From the IMG/VR virus record IMGVR_UViG_3300042891_000356: a DNA stretch of 64,000 nucleotides. One strand, written 5' to 3'. The stretch is from an uncultured virus (IMG/VR IMGVR_UViG_3300042891_000356). Its lineage: Duplodnaviria; Heunggongvirae; Uroviricota; Caudoviricetes. A program made the position numbers and the translations under genes. How positions within the stretch are numbered: position 1 is the stretch's first letter; each line of letters starts with the position of its first letter. This document shows, piece after piece, positions 16,636-28,400 of the stretch. The notes under the pieces were generated by a model. The model was not told the origin of the DNA, ran no database searches, and saw only the letters and a list, made by a program, of their open reading frames with translations.

Positions 16636-19440
16636 ATGGCACTTACAAAAGCTGAAATAGCTCAGCAAGCTCAACTTAAATTAGTAAATGATTTGTCTGC
16701 TGGCACTATAACGCAAGCACAATTTCAAGCCGGAATCGCAAAAATAAATGCACAATTGTTAAAAGAACAAGCTCCGACACAAGATACAGTAACAAATAAA
16801 TTAGCATCTACACCACCTGCGCCTGCAGGATCAGCAGCGCAGATTAATCAGCAATACACACAATATCAAGTCAAACTAGCAAATGATCTAAAAAGCGGGA
16901 AGATAACGCAGACACAATTTCAAAACGAATTTGAAAAATTACTAGCACAGCAAAATGCAGCACTAGCGAGAGTGCCTAAGGTTTCAAAAACTGAAGATGC
17001 AAGAATAGCAAACAACCCACCAGCGGTAGTAGATGCTAACACATCAACAGCATCAGAAGTTACAAGCAGTGAGCCAATAAAGCCAGGCACAGATTCTAAT
17101 AAAAAGAAACCACCATTGCCTAATCCGTTGCTTGCTTATCCGTTGTATACATACGGGTTAAGTTTAGCGTTATTAACAGTTGACGAATATAATAAAGTAA
17201 TAGATGATACTAAAAACTATCAAGCCAATCGTGTTATTATAGCCAGTGCTGGTAGATACAACAATGATGAAGGTGTATCGATGTTTAAACGTGCACCATT
17301 CTTTGCTGAAGATTTTTATTTTGAAAATCTTGATATGACTACAGTAATTGGCTTAAATGATCATTCACGTGCAACTAATGCAATAACTTTTAAATTTACT
17401 ATTATTGAGCCGTACGGGGTTACTTTATTAAATCGAATAATTGATCTCAGCGCATCGATAGGTTCAAAGAATTATATAGCACAACCGTATCTATTACAAA
17501 TTGATTTCTTTGGTACAAACGACGCCGGCGAAATAGTTGGCATTATACCCGATCAAACAAAACGCATGCCTATTCGTATTTTAAAAATGGATATAAAAGC
17601 CAGCCCCAAGGGCGCAGAATATTCAATTGAAGCTTCTCCTTATAGTCATTCTGCGTGGGACGTATCATCAAGTGGTACACCTGCAAACTTTGAAATAACA
17701 GCAGGCTCAATTGAAAGTTTTTTTAAAAGTAATGAAGAAGAAAATCTCGCCGCACAATTAAAAGCAAACAGAGAATTAAAATCGTCAACTATTATACGTG
17801 CCGCACCCACTGCCGGAGCCGATGGTAGAGGTGTAACAACTATCGCAGGCCGTACGGGCAATCTAATAGGCCCAGAAGGTCAGTTACTTTATGCTCCATC
17901 ATTGTTAATGAGTAAAGAAACAACTAATATTGTTCTAGGCAAAGATCCTGTATATAAGGTAAAATCATACGGTGGCGCCATAAACGCATATTATGCAGAC
18001 TTAGCCGCTACTGGAAAGACATCAGTTGCTGATAGATATTATTTTAAATTTCACGATGATATCATCAAAGAGGGCGGGTTCAATATCAGCGCAGAAACAT
18101 TAAGTACAGCACAAACTCCGATGGCCAGTCAAGAAAACGGCATGACTATAAGGGGCAGTGCAAATACCAGTGTAGATCATAATGCTCGAGTTTTTGGAAT
18201 TAATGCAGGTACAAGTATAGATCAGGTTATTTCCTTTGCTATGCGACATACTCATTATTTACAAGGGCAGGTAAAACCGGCATCAGCATTTGCTGCCGAC
18301 GGTAAAGATTATAAAGCATATCTTGAAAAGTTACAAGGTGAGCCTTTAAAATGGTTTAAAATTATTCCGGTGGTAAAATTAGGTGAATATAACATTAAAG
18401 AAGAAAGATGGGCACGCGACATTACCTATCACGTAGTACCATATACTGTATATAACACAAAAATACCTAGTGCGCCACAGGGTGTATGGACGAATCCTTG
18501 TAAGGTACACAATTATTGGTACACCGGTAAAAATAATGATGTAATTGATTTTAATGTTGAATTTAATGCATTATATTATACCGGACTAACTGCATATAAA
18601 GAAAATTTGTCTAAAGTTCAAAATTTATTAATAGAAAAAACTATTGATGCTCCACTGTCAGCAGAAGCACAACAAGCAAATGCAGTAGCGCCGGCTGGAC
18701 AAAAACCAATAATCGGTGACACACAAAAACATGCAACTGGTGGTGCAATAACAGTTGAAGCAATAACACTTGCTGATGTTGAATCATCATTATACACTAC
18801 CGCTGGTGGTGATATGCTGCAGGCAAAATTAAAAATAATCGGTGACCCGCAATATATTAAGCAAGATGATATTTTTTATCCTCCGGTTCTAACTGCTCTG
18901 TCGGATCAAGTTGATAATACTGGTATAGATCCTAGATTAATTGCCAACGGCAGCCTACACATGGATCAAGGAGAAATATATGTTCAAGTAACAGTTAAGA
19001 GTCCTGTTGATATAGACGAAACTACAGGATTAATGAATTTTGATCCTAAGTACAAAACAAGTTTATTTTCTGGTATGTATCGAGTTTTAAGAGTAGAAAA
19101 TCATTTTAGTGGCGGAAAATTTGAACAAGTTATAGACATGGTACGGTTACCACGCCAACAATCACTCGAACCATCGGCAGCACCAAAAATTACCGATAAT
19201 GCACGCGAAGCAACTGCTGCAACCCCGTTATCAGTTAATGTAGATGCTGCTACTATTGGTCCAGATTTCACAGTGAAAAGAACTAGCGACGACAAAGCAC
19301 CGGATAGCGCACCTGTTGAAGATACTACTCCACCATTACAAACTGCTGAAGAAAAAGCATTGGCTAAAGTAGATGCAACTGCACCAGAAACTGCAATAAC
19401 TACACAAACGGAACCAGTTGCTGTTCCGCCACCAGTATAA
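16636..19440 (+). CDS. Baseplate hub protein (gp27 / late control D-like)
   Basis: LKIIGDP and FSGMYRVLRVENHFSGGKFEQ at the C-terminus, located between the gp53-like and gp5-like genes. Confidence 0.65.
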   Translation: MALTKAEIAQQAQLKLVNDLSAGTITQAQFQAGIAKINAQLLKEQAPTQDTVTNKLASTPPAPAGSAAQINQQYTQYQVKLANDLKSGKITQTQFQNEFEKLLAQQNAALARVPKVSKTEDARIANNPPAVVDANTSTASEVTSSEPIKPGTDSNKKKPPLPNPLLAYPLYTYGLSLALLTVDEYNKVIDDTKNYQANRVIIASAGRYNNDEGVSMFKRAPFFAEDFYFENLDMTTVIGLNDHSRATNAITFKFTIIEPYGVTLLNRIIDLSASIGSKNYIAQPYLLQIDFFGTNDAGEIVGIIPDQTKRMPIRILKMDIKASPKGAEYSIEASPYSHSAWDVSSSGTPANFEITAGSIESFFKSNEEENLAAQLKANRELKSSTIIRAAPTAGADGRGVTTIAGRTGNLIGPEGQLLYAPSLLMSKETTNIVLGKDPVYKVKSYGGAINAYYADLAATGKTSVADRYYFKFHDDIIKEGGFNISAETLSTAQTPMASQENGMTIRGSANTSVDHNARVFGINAGTSIDQVISFAMRHTHYLQGQVKPASAFAADGKDYKAYLEKLQGEPLKWFKIIPVVKLGEYNIKEERWARDITYHVVPYTVYNTKIPSAPQGVWTNPCKVHNYWYTGKNNDVIDFNVEFNALYYTGLTAYKENLSKVQNLLIEKTIDAPLSAEAQQANAVAPAGQKPIIGDTQKHATGGAITVEAITLADVESSLYTTAGGDMLQAKLKIIGDPQYIKQDDIFYPPVLTALSDQVDNTGIDPRLIANGSLHMDQGEIYVQVTVKSPVDIDETTGLMNFDPKYKTSLFSGMYRVLRVENHFSGGKFEQVIDMVRLPRQQSLEPSAAPKITDNAREATAATPLSVNVDAATIGPDFTVKRTSDDKAPDSAPVEDTTPPLQTAEEKALAKVDATAPETAITTQTEPVAVPPPV

Positions 19441-19455
19441 CAAGGAAAGTAATAA

Positions 19456-21594
19456 ATGGCAATAGATCACAGAGTTGGTAATAAGGTTATTAAAAGTCTG
19501 CGCAGAGAAGAAGCTGCTGCAACTAGAGTTGACCCGCACCCATATATTGGCATTGTTAAAAACAATCTTGACCCGACTCGTGCAGGGAGACTACAGGTAT
19601 GGATTCCAGATTTGGGTGGTGACCCAAACGAATCGTCAAATTGGCGTACAGTAAGCTATGCAAGTCCATTTATGGGTACAACTGATATTGCATCAAAATA
19701 CGCAGACAGACCTAACAGTGATAATAAGTTTAGAAATGTACCGCATACTTATGGTATGTGGATGGTACCACCTGACATCGGTGTTGAAGTAATTGTAATA
19801 TTCATTGCAGGTGACCCGTTACGTGGATATTTTATTGCCTGTGTTAACTCACACGTTAGCAGACACATGATGCCCGGATTAGCCAGCAGTAATAAGATTG
19901 ACCCAAGCGGAGCTAGCGATTCTACTAAAAAATCATATCAACCGGGTATTACTGCACCGGTAACAGAATATAACGAAATTGATCCTATTGCAAGAGCAAA
20001 ACCAAATTTTATTGATAATCCTAAACCAATACATGAAGAACAGTATTCTATATTAAAAGCGCAGGGATTAGATAGAGATACAGCTCGAGGTACTATTACA
20101 AGTAGCAGTCAACGCGAAAGTCCAAGCAATGTATTCGGTATTAGTACTCCGGGAAGACCTTATGATGGTGATCCTGCGGATAACGTTGACCTATATAATG
20201 CTAAAGTAAAAGCTGGTAACTTAACCGAAGACGATTATCGTTATACGACTCGCAAAGGCGGCCACACGTTTGTTATGGATGACGGCAATGCTATTGCTGA
20301 AAATCAATTAATAAGATTGCGCACCGCCAGCGGTCATCAAATAATGATGAATGATACAAATAATACTTTATACATTTCGCATAAGACTGGACAAAGTTGG
20401 GTTGAGTTGTCTAGTGATGGCCAAATACATATATATTCACAATCAGGATTCAATGTTAGAAGCGAAGGATCTATTAATTTACATTCGGATACTAACATAA
20501 ATCTCAATGCCGCTAATAATATTAATTTAAATGCTGGCAACAAATTTCAAATTGATTGTGCTAGTTTTAATCTGTTATCTAATGGTGTAGTTACCGTAGG
20601 CGCTGGTGGCGCAATTGGTTTACAAAGTAGTACTGAAGTTAATGTTGATACTGGTAGTATATCAATGAACTCAACAGGCGACATAGCACATACAGGTGCG
20701 CTAATTAAACAGAATAGTGGCGGTGCAAAAACGGTTAAAAAACCTAATCCGATAGCATCACATACTTTTTCCGATGTAGCACTTAATAACAATGGAGTTT
20801 ATGTGCCTTCGGGAAAATTAACATCAATTGTTGCTGTCGCCCCGACACACGAACCATTTAATCGCGGTGAAAAAGTCGCAGAAACATTAGTAATATCAAC
20901 TCCAATAGGCAGTCCTAACTTTAAACCAGCATATAAAGATTTAACAGGAGTATCAGGTCAATTAACTGAAAAAAATATTAGAGATCAACTTATTAATGCC
21001 GACGGTGTAGGTGCAATCGGCCCATTAAGTAAAGATGAAGTAATTGCATTATTGGCTCAAATTGCGAAAAGTGAGAGCAGCGCGGCTACTCCAATGAACG
21101 TAGATTGTAAAGTGCCGCGCTCATACTCGCCGAGACTGCAAAACGGTAAGGCAGGATACGAAGCAATTAATCAATGCGGATTTTTAGGTAAGTATCAGAT
21201 GGGATACGCTGCATTACAAACTGCTGGTTTTGTTGCTAGTCACTGTCAAGGAACAGCATCATTGGGCAACGATTCAATGTGGCTAAACGGATTAAGTCGT
21301 GATAAGTTTCTTAATACACCTGCACTACAAGAGCAGGCAATCTATAACTTTACTAAAGCCAATTATAATACATTGGTCGCCAAAAAAACAATTACAACAG
21401 AAACTTCAAAAGAAGAAATTGGTGGATTACTAATGACAGCTCATATGTTAGGCGCAGGCGGAGCAAATACATTTGCACGTACCGGTGTTGGTGCTGATAT
21501 TAATAACGGAACTTCTGGTGCAAGTTACTATCAGAAAGGAAAATATGCTATTGCAGTAATGGCACCAAAAGTACAGGCACTTAGAGACGGATAA
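19456..21594 (+). CDS. gp5: Baseplate hub spike (gp5/VgrG-like) with C-terminal lysozyme-like domain
   Basis: OB-fold DPTRAGRLQVWIP and PPDIGVEV, RTASGH, beta-helix repeats, then KSES...LGKYQMG...AHMLG lysozyme-like motifs. Confidence 0.85.
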   Translation: MAIDHRVGNKVIKSLRREEAAATRVDPHPYIGIVKNNLDPTRAGRLQVWIPDLGGDPNESSNWRTVSYASPFMGTTDIASKYADRPNSDNKFRNVPHTYGMWMVPPDIGVEVIVIFIAGDPLRGYFIACVNSHVSRHMMPGLASSNKIDPSGASDSTKKSYQPGITAPVTEYNEIDPIARAKPNFIDNPKPIHEEQYSILKAQGLDRDTARGTITSSSQRESPSNVFGISTPGRPYDGDPADNVDLYNAKVKAGNLTEDDYRYTTRKGGHTFVMDDGNAIAENQLIRLRTASGHQIMMNDTNNTLYISHKTGQSWVELSSDGQIHIYSQSGFNVRSEGSINLHSDTNINLNAANNINLNAGNKFQIDCASFNLLSNGVVTVGAGGAIGLQSSTEVNVDTGSISMNSTGDIAHTGALIKQNSGGAKTVKKPNPIASHTFSDVALNNNGVYVPSGKLTSIVAVAPTHEPFNRGEKVAETLVISTPIGSPNFKPAYKDLTGVSGQLTEKNIRDQLINADGVGAIGPLSKDEVIALLAQIAKSESSAATPMNVDCKVPRSYSPRLQNGKAGYEAINQCGFLGKYQMGYAALQTAGFVASHCQGTASLGNDSMWLNGLSRDKFLNTPALQEQAIYNFTKANYNTLVAKKTITTETSKEEIGGLLMTAHMLGAGGANTFARTGVGADINNGTSGASYYQKGKYAIAVMAPKVQALRDG

Positions 21595-21602
21595 ATATTA
21601 TT

Positions 21603-21980
21603 ATGGCTATTTTATATAAAGGTTTCTCAACAGTAGGCAGAAACAAAAAGTTTCGTCTAACTGACTTTGAGTTAATTAAGCAAGATTTAATAAATCACTT
21701 TCAGATCCGTAAAGGTGAGAAACTGATGAATCCAAATTTTGGCACGATTATATGGAACGTCTTATATGATCCATTTACTCCTGAACTTAAGAGTGCAATC
21801 ATAGCTGATATTAAAGCAATTGCTGCGTATGATCCTAGAGTTTCTATCGATAATGTTATTGTTACAGAGTATGAAACTGGCATTCAAATTGAACTCGAAT
21901 TACGCTATCTACAGACAAATCAAACAAATCTAATGAATCTTAGATTCAATAATCAAAACCGTACACTCACAGCAAATTAA
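21603..21980 (+). CDS. gp25: Baseplate wedge subunit (gp25-like)
   Basis: IKQDLIN..RKGEKLMNPNFG and YDPRV. Confidence 0.92.
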   Translation: MAILYKGFSTVGRNKKFRLTDFELIKQDLINHFQIRKGEKLMNPNFGTIIWNVLYDPFTPELKSAIIADIKAIAAYDPRVSIDNVIVTEYETGIQIELELRYLQTNQTNLMNLRFNNQNRTLTAN

Positions 21981-22031
21981 TAAACTACGTACTTTTTTCC
22001 TTAAATAAATACATTATAACAGGGAATTAGT

Positions 22032-25000
22032 ATGGCTACTACCACAAGACAATCAGGTTTATTAGTTGCAGAAGACTGGACACGAGTCTATCAAACCTTC
22101 CGTAATGCGGACTTTCAAAGCTACGACTACGAAACACTTCGTAAGTCAATGATTGATTATTTGCGCTTATATTATCCAGAGGACTTTAACGACTTTATTG
22201 AATCAAGTGAATTCATTGCCTTAATTGATTTGATTGCGTTTTTAGGTCAAAGTCTTGCTTTCCGTGGTGATTTAAATGCACGTGAAAACTTTATTGACAC
22301 TGCGCAACGTCGCGATAGTATACTTAAACTTGCTAAACTAATATCATACAATCCTAAACGTAATATCCCAGCTAGTGGATTTTTAAAAGTTGACAGTGTA
22401 AGTACAACTGAAACTATTTACGATAGTAACGGCATTAATCTAGCTGGCTTAGTAATCTCATGGTCAGACTCGGCAAATGATAATTGGTATGAGCAGTTTA
22501 CAGCAGTGATTAATGCAGGATTATTGTCAACTCAATCTATAGGTAAACCCAGTAACTCACAATTAATCAATGGTGTAACTAACGACGAATATCAAATAAA
22601 TTTAGTACCAAGTATTATTGCAACCTACAGTTTTACAACTAAAATTGAAGGCACTACAACTAAATTTGAAATGACTAGCCCTACAAGCGCAGGTAAAACT
22701 TTTATATATGAAAGTGCGCCACGTCAAAATCAACCATTCAATCTACTTTACCGTAACGATAATTTAGGTAATACAAGTACAAACACAGGGTTCTTTACCT
22801 ATTTCAAACAGGGCGAATTAAAATCACTTGATTTTACATTCCAGGAAAGTACGCCAAATCGTGTGTACAGTGTTAACGTAGACAACATTAATAATACTGA
22901 TATCTGGCTATATAGTTTAGATGCACAAGGTTTACCTAATGCAATATGGACACAGGTTGCAACAGTAAACAATACCAATGTTATCTACAATAAAAGTACT
23001 AATAAATCTATATTCCAAGTTAATACTAGAGCCAGCGATCAAATTGATCTAGTATTTGGTGATGGATCTTTTGCTAATATACCTCAAGGTAATTATAGAC
23101 TGTATTACCGTGTAAGTAATGGTACTGATTATAAAATTACTCCAGATGAAATGCAAGGTATAGTTGTACCAGTTAATTACATCAGTCGAAGTGGTCGAGT
23201 TGAAACACTTACCCTTCGTGCAAGTTTGCGCTATACAGTAGCTAACGCTAGTTCACGTGAAACACTTGACGAAATACGTCAAAAAGCACCACAACAATAC
23301 TACACACAAGATCGTATGGTGACAGGCGAAGACTACAACATCTTGCCTTATACATTGTTCAGTAACATACTCAAAGTTAAAGCAGTCAACCGTACCAGTT
23401 CTGGTATTAGTCGTTACTTAGATGTTATTGATACAACTGGAAAATATTCAAGCACTAACATCTTTGCAGATGACGGTGTGCTATATCGTGATCCATTTGT
23501 TAACACATTCTCTTTTGATTATAACACAAGAAATGATATTTACAAAGCGATCTACAATAAAGTAAAACCAATAGCATCGGCACAGGAAACAATACAATTT
23601 TTCTACAGCAAGTACCCAACAATCGCTATCACTAATGCATACTGGAATTATTCAACCACTGTGGCCAACGGGTCTACTGGATATTTCATTGATGCAAATG
23701 ATACTATACTACAAGTTGGCGATGTAGTATCTACAAATAACAAATATATTAAACAAAGTTCTATAATTAAATTTAGTGCAGGTACTGGCAACTATTTTGA
23801 TGCACGTAATACTATTCAAACAGGTACACCTAGCAAGTCAGGTGACAAGTACTTTATCTACGCAAGTGTTCAACAGGTTATTGGTGATGGCACCAACGGC
23901 GGCGCCGGCAATTTAGCCAATGGGTCTGGACCAATTATATTAGGTGAACAAGTACCTAACGGTGCATTGGCCATTGCAGTGTACGCAGTATTTGACACTG
24001 ACTTTTCAACATCACTAGTAGATTCTATTGTGAGTTATGTGCAGGCCTATGAAGATTTTGGACTACGATATGATATTGATACTACATCATGGAAATTAAT
24101 ATTACCTGGCGATTTAGATACAGGTGAATTTAGTCTAGGCTATGCAGGTAACACCAGCAGTACAGGATTAGATGCTAGCTGGATGATACGCTTTAAAACA
24201 GTTGGTCAAACCTATACGGTATTATATCGCGGATTAAATTATGTATTTGAAAGTGTAAAAGAAACTAACTTCTACTTTGATAATACAGTTAAAGTGTTTG
24301 ATCCTAAAACTGGATTTACTGTACATGATAATATTAAAATATTAAAAGTTAATAGCAATCCAGATGATGTAAATTCACTGGCATTAGATTATACGTGGTA
24401 CATTTATAAAAATATTATCGAAGTTGACGGATACGAAAATCCTAGTAAAATTTTAGTTACTTTTTCAGATATAGATAATAATGGTATTTTAGATAATCCG
24501 GAGTTATTTGAGTTAATTGTTAGCCCCGATACTAATAGTAATAGTAAGTATGTATTTTTCCAATCAACGTATGGATATGATAATTTTGTTACACAAACTT
24601 TAGTAAGTAATAGTCTTGTTGAATCAACTTACACTACCTTAGTTGCGGCGCAAGCCGATGCAACCTTGTATACGTCTAGCAAATTATTTTATATTGCTCC
24701 AGAAAATAAATTCTATCAACTAACTGTTACTGGTGCATCATATGTATTAAATGAAGTATTTGATTACACTGCTAAGGTAGGACGTCAAGATTTATATTTC
24801 CAATATCGACATAATAGTCCTAACTATCGTCGTATTGACCCAAGTCCGAATAATATTATTGATTTGTATCTATTAACGAAACAATATTCAACTGATTATA
24901 CAGCATGGATACAAGATAGTACCGGTACTGTTACTGAACCAACGGCACCAACAGTTGATGCACTAAGTACGGAATTTAGTAGTTTAGAAAATTATAAAAA

Positions 25001-25415
25001 TTTAACAGATACTATCATTTATAACCCTGCTAAATTTAAACCAATATTTGGTGATAAAGCGCCAGCTTCGTTGCAAGCAACATTTAAAGTTGTAAAAAAT
25101 GCAAGTATCATTGTCAGCGATAATGATGTTAAAACTAGAGTTATCGATGCAATCAACAGTTATTTTGATGTTGCAAATTGGGACTTTGGTGAAACATTTT
25201 ACTTCAGTGAATTGAGTGCATATTTGCATAGTGTACTTGCACCTAATATTGCAAGTATAACAATTGTGCCATCAAGCGAATCTAGTACGTTTGGTAGCTT
25301 GTTACAAATCAATGCAAACTATAACGAAATTATTGTAAGTGCAGCAACTGTGGACAATGTACAGATTATTAGTGCAATTACCGCGGCGCAAATCAACCAA
25401 ACTGTATTGGCTTAA
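22032..25415 (+). CDS. gp6: Baseplate wedge subunit (gp6-like)
   Basis: ENFIDTAQRRDSILKLAKLISYNP, VFGDG, ETLDEIRQKAP and RMVTGEDY. Confidence 0.9.
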   Translation: MATTTRQSGLLVAEDWTRVYQTFRNADFQSYDYETLRKSMIDYLRLYYPEDFNDFIESSEFIALIDLIAFLGQSLAFRGDLNARENFIDTAQRRDSILKLAKLISYNPKRNIPASGFLKVDSVSTTETIYDSNGINLAGLVISWSDSANDNWYEQFTAVINAGLLSTQSIGKPSNSQLINGVTNDEYQINLVPSIIATYSFTTKIEGTTTKFEMTSPTSAGKTFIYESAPRQNQPFNLLYRNDNLGNTSTNTGFFTYFKQGELKSLDFTFQESTPNRVYSVNVDNINNTDIWLYSLDAQGLPNAIWTQVATVNNTNVIYNKSTNKSIFQVNTRASDQIDLVFGDGSFANIPQGNYRLYYRVSNGTDYKITPDEMQGIVVPVNYISRSGRVETLTLRASLRYTVANASSRETLDEIRQKAPQQYYTQDRMVTGEDYNILPYTLFSNILKVKAVNRTSSGISRYLDVIDTTGKYSSTNIFADDGVLYRDPFVNTFSFDYNTRNDIYKAIYNKVKPIASAQETIQFFYSKYPTIAITNAYWNYSTTVANGSTGYFIDANDTILQVGDVVSTNNKYIKQSSIIKFSAGTGNYFDARNTIQTGTPSKSGDKYFIYASVQQVIGDGTNGGAGNLANGSGPIILGEQVPNGALAIAVYAVFDTDFSTSLVDSIVSYVQAYEDFGLRYDIDTTSWKLILPGDLDTGEFSLGYAGNTSSTGLDASWMIRFKTVGQTYTVLYRGLNYVFESVKETNFYFDNTVKVFDPKTGFTVHDNIKILKVNSNPDDVNSLALDYTWYIYKNIIEVDGYENPSKILVTFSDIDNNGILDNPELFELIVSPDTNSNSKYVFFQSTYGYDNFVTQTLVSNSLVESTYTTLVAAQADATLYTSSKLFYIAPENKFYQLTVTGASYVLNEVFDYTAKVGRQDLYFQYRHNSPNYRRIDPSPNNIIDLYLLTKQYSTDYTAWIQDSTGTVTEPTAPTVDALSTEFSSLENYKNLTDTIIYNPAKFKPIFGDKAPASLQATFKVVKNASIIVSDNDVKTRVIDAINSYFDVANWDFGETFYFSELSAYLHSVLAPNIASITIVPSSESSTFGSLLQINANYNEIIVSAATVDNVQIISAITAAQINQTVLA

Positions 25416-25445
25416 ATACTATATAACACTTGAGATTATAATAAC

Positions 25446-28400
25446 ATGGCGACAAAAAAGACTTCAAATTTTCTTCCTACCATATTTCAAACCGACGTTA
25501 ACAATAAGTTCTTGTCGGCTACTATGGATCAGTTAGTCACTGAACCAAATTTAAGAAATATATATGGATATATCGGAAGAACATTTGCGCCAACATATAA
25601 AAACAAAGACAGTTACGTAATTGAAAATTCAGCTAACAGACAAAAGTATCAACTTGAGCCAAGCATAGTAGTTCGAAATGAACAAAAAGAAATTACATTC
25701 TTTGCTGGTTATAATGACATATTAAATAAAATTGAATACTATAGTGGATTAACTTCAAATCATGATAGACTATTTGATGGCGAGTACTATAGTTTTGATC
25801 CGCAGATCTCTTTTGATAAGTTTGTTAACTTCAGCCAATACTACTGGCTTAAAGATGGTCCGGACCCGGTTGATGTTAATACAAGTGGAGTAGACTTAGA
25901 AAAAACATTTACAGTTACACGTAATGCAAACATATCTCGTTACGATTTCACTACTGGCGGACTAATAAAAAATACAATTACCTTGGCACGTGGCGGACAA
26001 TATACGTTTGAAGTTGATCAACTTGGTGCAGGCTTTTGGATACAGACTGAACTTGGCGTTGATGGCCTAGTAAATGCAACACCAACAATTAGCACACGCG
26101 ATGTACTTGGTGTCACTAACAATGGTGCAGAAACAGGTACAATTACATTTAATGTTCCGCAGACAACAGCGCAAGAACGATATGTATTAATGAATGTAGT
26201 GGCCAATGTGGAATATGCTGTTCCTCTTGCTTATTCAGATATACAAAATCGTACTGTTAGTCAATTTCTTGCAGAGTTTCCGGCATACGCAGGAATTACT
26301 GGTCAACTAAATGGCAAGACTGCAATATTCATCGATCAAAACTTATTAACAAGTCGCGGCGAAGAAGCATGGACCATGCCTGAAGTTATTGACCCAGTTA
26401 CCGGATTAGTTGTATCGGGATACGATGCTGGCACAGTAATCCCAACTGATCAACGTTACGGAGTGTGGAGAGTACAGTTTAATGACATTGGCAACATTGA
26501 CGATCCACTAATTCGATTAGTGCATGTGCAGGATGTATTACTTAACGAAAAAGTCTACATTAGATCCGGGTTTGTTAATGCTAATAAAGAATTCTTTAAA
26601 GATTACGATGAATTTTTTCATGTTGTTCCTGTAATTTCAAGTATACAAGATACGTTATACTTTCAAGACGGTAGTGATCCTTCTATCTACGGTACAATTA
26701 AACTTGTTGACATCGCTGGTTGGGAAATTGATATTGAAAATGACATATTAGGAAAACCTAACTACACTAGCCCCAACGGAGTAATTTTTACCAGTGGATT
26801 AAAAGTAAGTTTTGGCTCTGATGTTACTCCTGCTGCATATCAAAATAAAGAATATTATGTTGAAGGCGTAGGAGCACCAACTGGTATACAACTAATTGAT
26901 GTAGAATTATTAGTTACTCCTGAGTTATACAATGATGAGCTAGCATTAAATTATCCAGATGGTCTACCGGGTAATGTGTCTAATGCAGAATATATTACAA
27001 TTAATCGTGCTAGTAAAGATTTGAATCCGTGGACACGAGGTAATCGCTGGTTTCACCGTGACGTGATTAAATTAACTGCTGAATACAATAACGTAGTGGT
27101 TACATATGATCAAACATATCGTGCCCAACGTCCAATTGTACAATTTGAAGCAGACCTACAACTATTTAATTTTGGTAGAATTGGTAAACGTCCCATTGAT
27201 ATTTTAGATACTACTACTCGAGATGCATTTAACGAATTAAATGGACAAGTATTAACTGTTATAGGCGGAGTTACTTTAGTCGACGGCATGCGAATTCTAT
27301 TTACTAACGATATTGATCCAGTGGTGCGTGATAATATCTATGTAATTAATTTAGTACAAACTCAACTTGATGAACAGGGATTGTTAACAGGCCCTGTGTA
27401 CGTAAATTTAAATCCTGCCGACGATGCCAACAATGAAATTTATGATACTGTAGTAGTAAAAGCAGGATTGTATAAAGGAACAGCATGGTGGTACAACGGG
27501 GATACTTGGACACAAAGCCAAACAAAGACCAGTCTACAACAAGATCCGTTATTTGATGTGTATGATGCCGCCGGCACACGCTTGGCTGAATATGAATCAA
27601 GTACATTTGCAGGTACACGATTATTTGGCTACAATAGAACCAGCACAAGTACAACAGCAGATACTGTACTGTACTTTCCATTAAAATACAGAACATTCCG
27701 TGCGCAAGGCGACATTGAATTTTCTAACTATTTTGATACAGATACATTTAGCTATGTACGTGATAGAGTAGCATACACAGATCGAATTGCCACTGGTTTC
27801 CTACAACAAATCGTAGATAGAAATACATTGATTCCAAAAAATAATTGGAATACAGTAGTTGAGCCACTTAAACAGTATCAATTGATCACATACATCTATG
27901 ATGGTATTAATAGTCCGTTTAAAATTGATGTTACTCCTGTAGCGTCAGCATCTGTTCCTCATGTTAAAGTTTATAAAAATAATACATTCTTAAAAACAAC
28001 GCAATGGACTTTAACAAATAATGCATTAACATTGTCTACTGCGCCGGCGATTGGCGATAAGATTGACATCTTAGTTTATAGCACCGAAATTAGTGCGCTT
28101 GGTCAATATCAAGTGCCACAAAACTTAGATTTAAATGCGCAAAATATTGATTTAGCATCATTGACATTAGGGCAAATTAGAAACCACTTAGTGGAGCTTA
28201 GTCAAAATAGTACAGAATTAGTAGGTGATGTTCTTAGTGATAGTAATCTTAGAGATATTGAGATTAAATCACAAGGCGGCAACATACTGCAACATAGTGC
28301 ACCAATATCAAATGCTGCATTATTTTTATTAAACGACAGCACAAACTTTATCGATGCAATTCGTTATGCGCAACAAGAATACGCTAGATTTAAAAATAAA

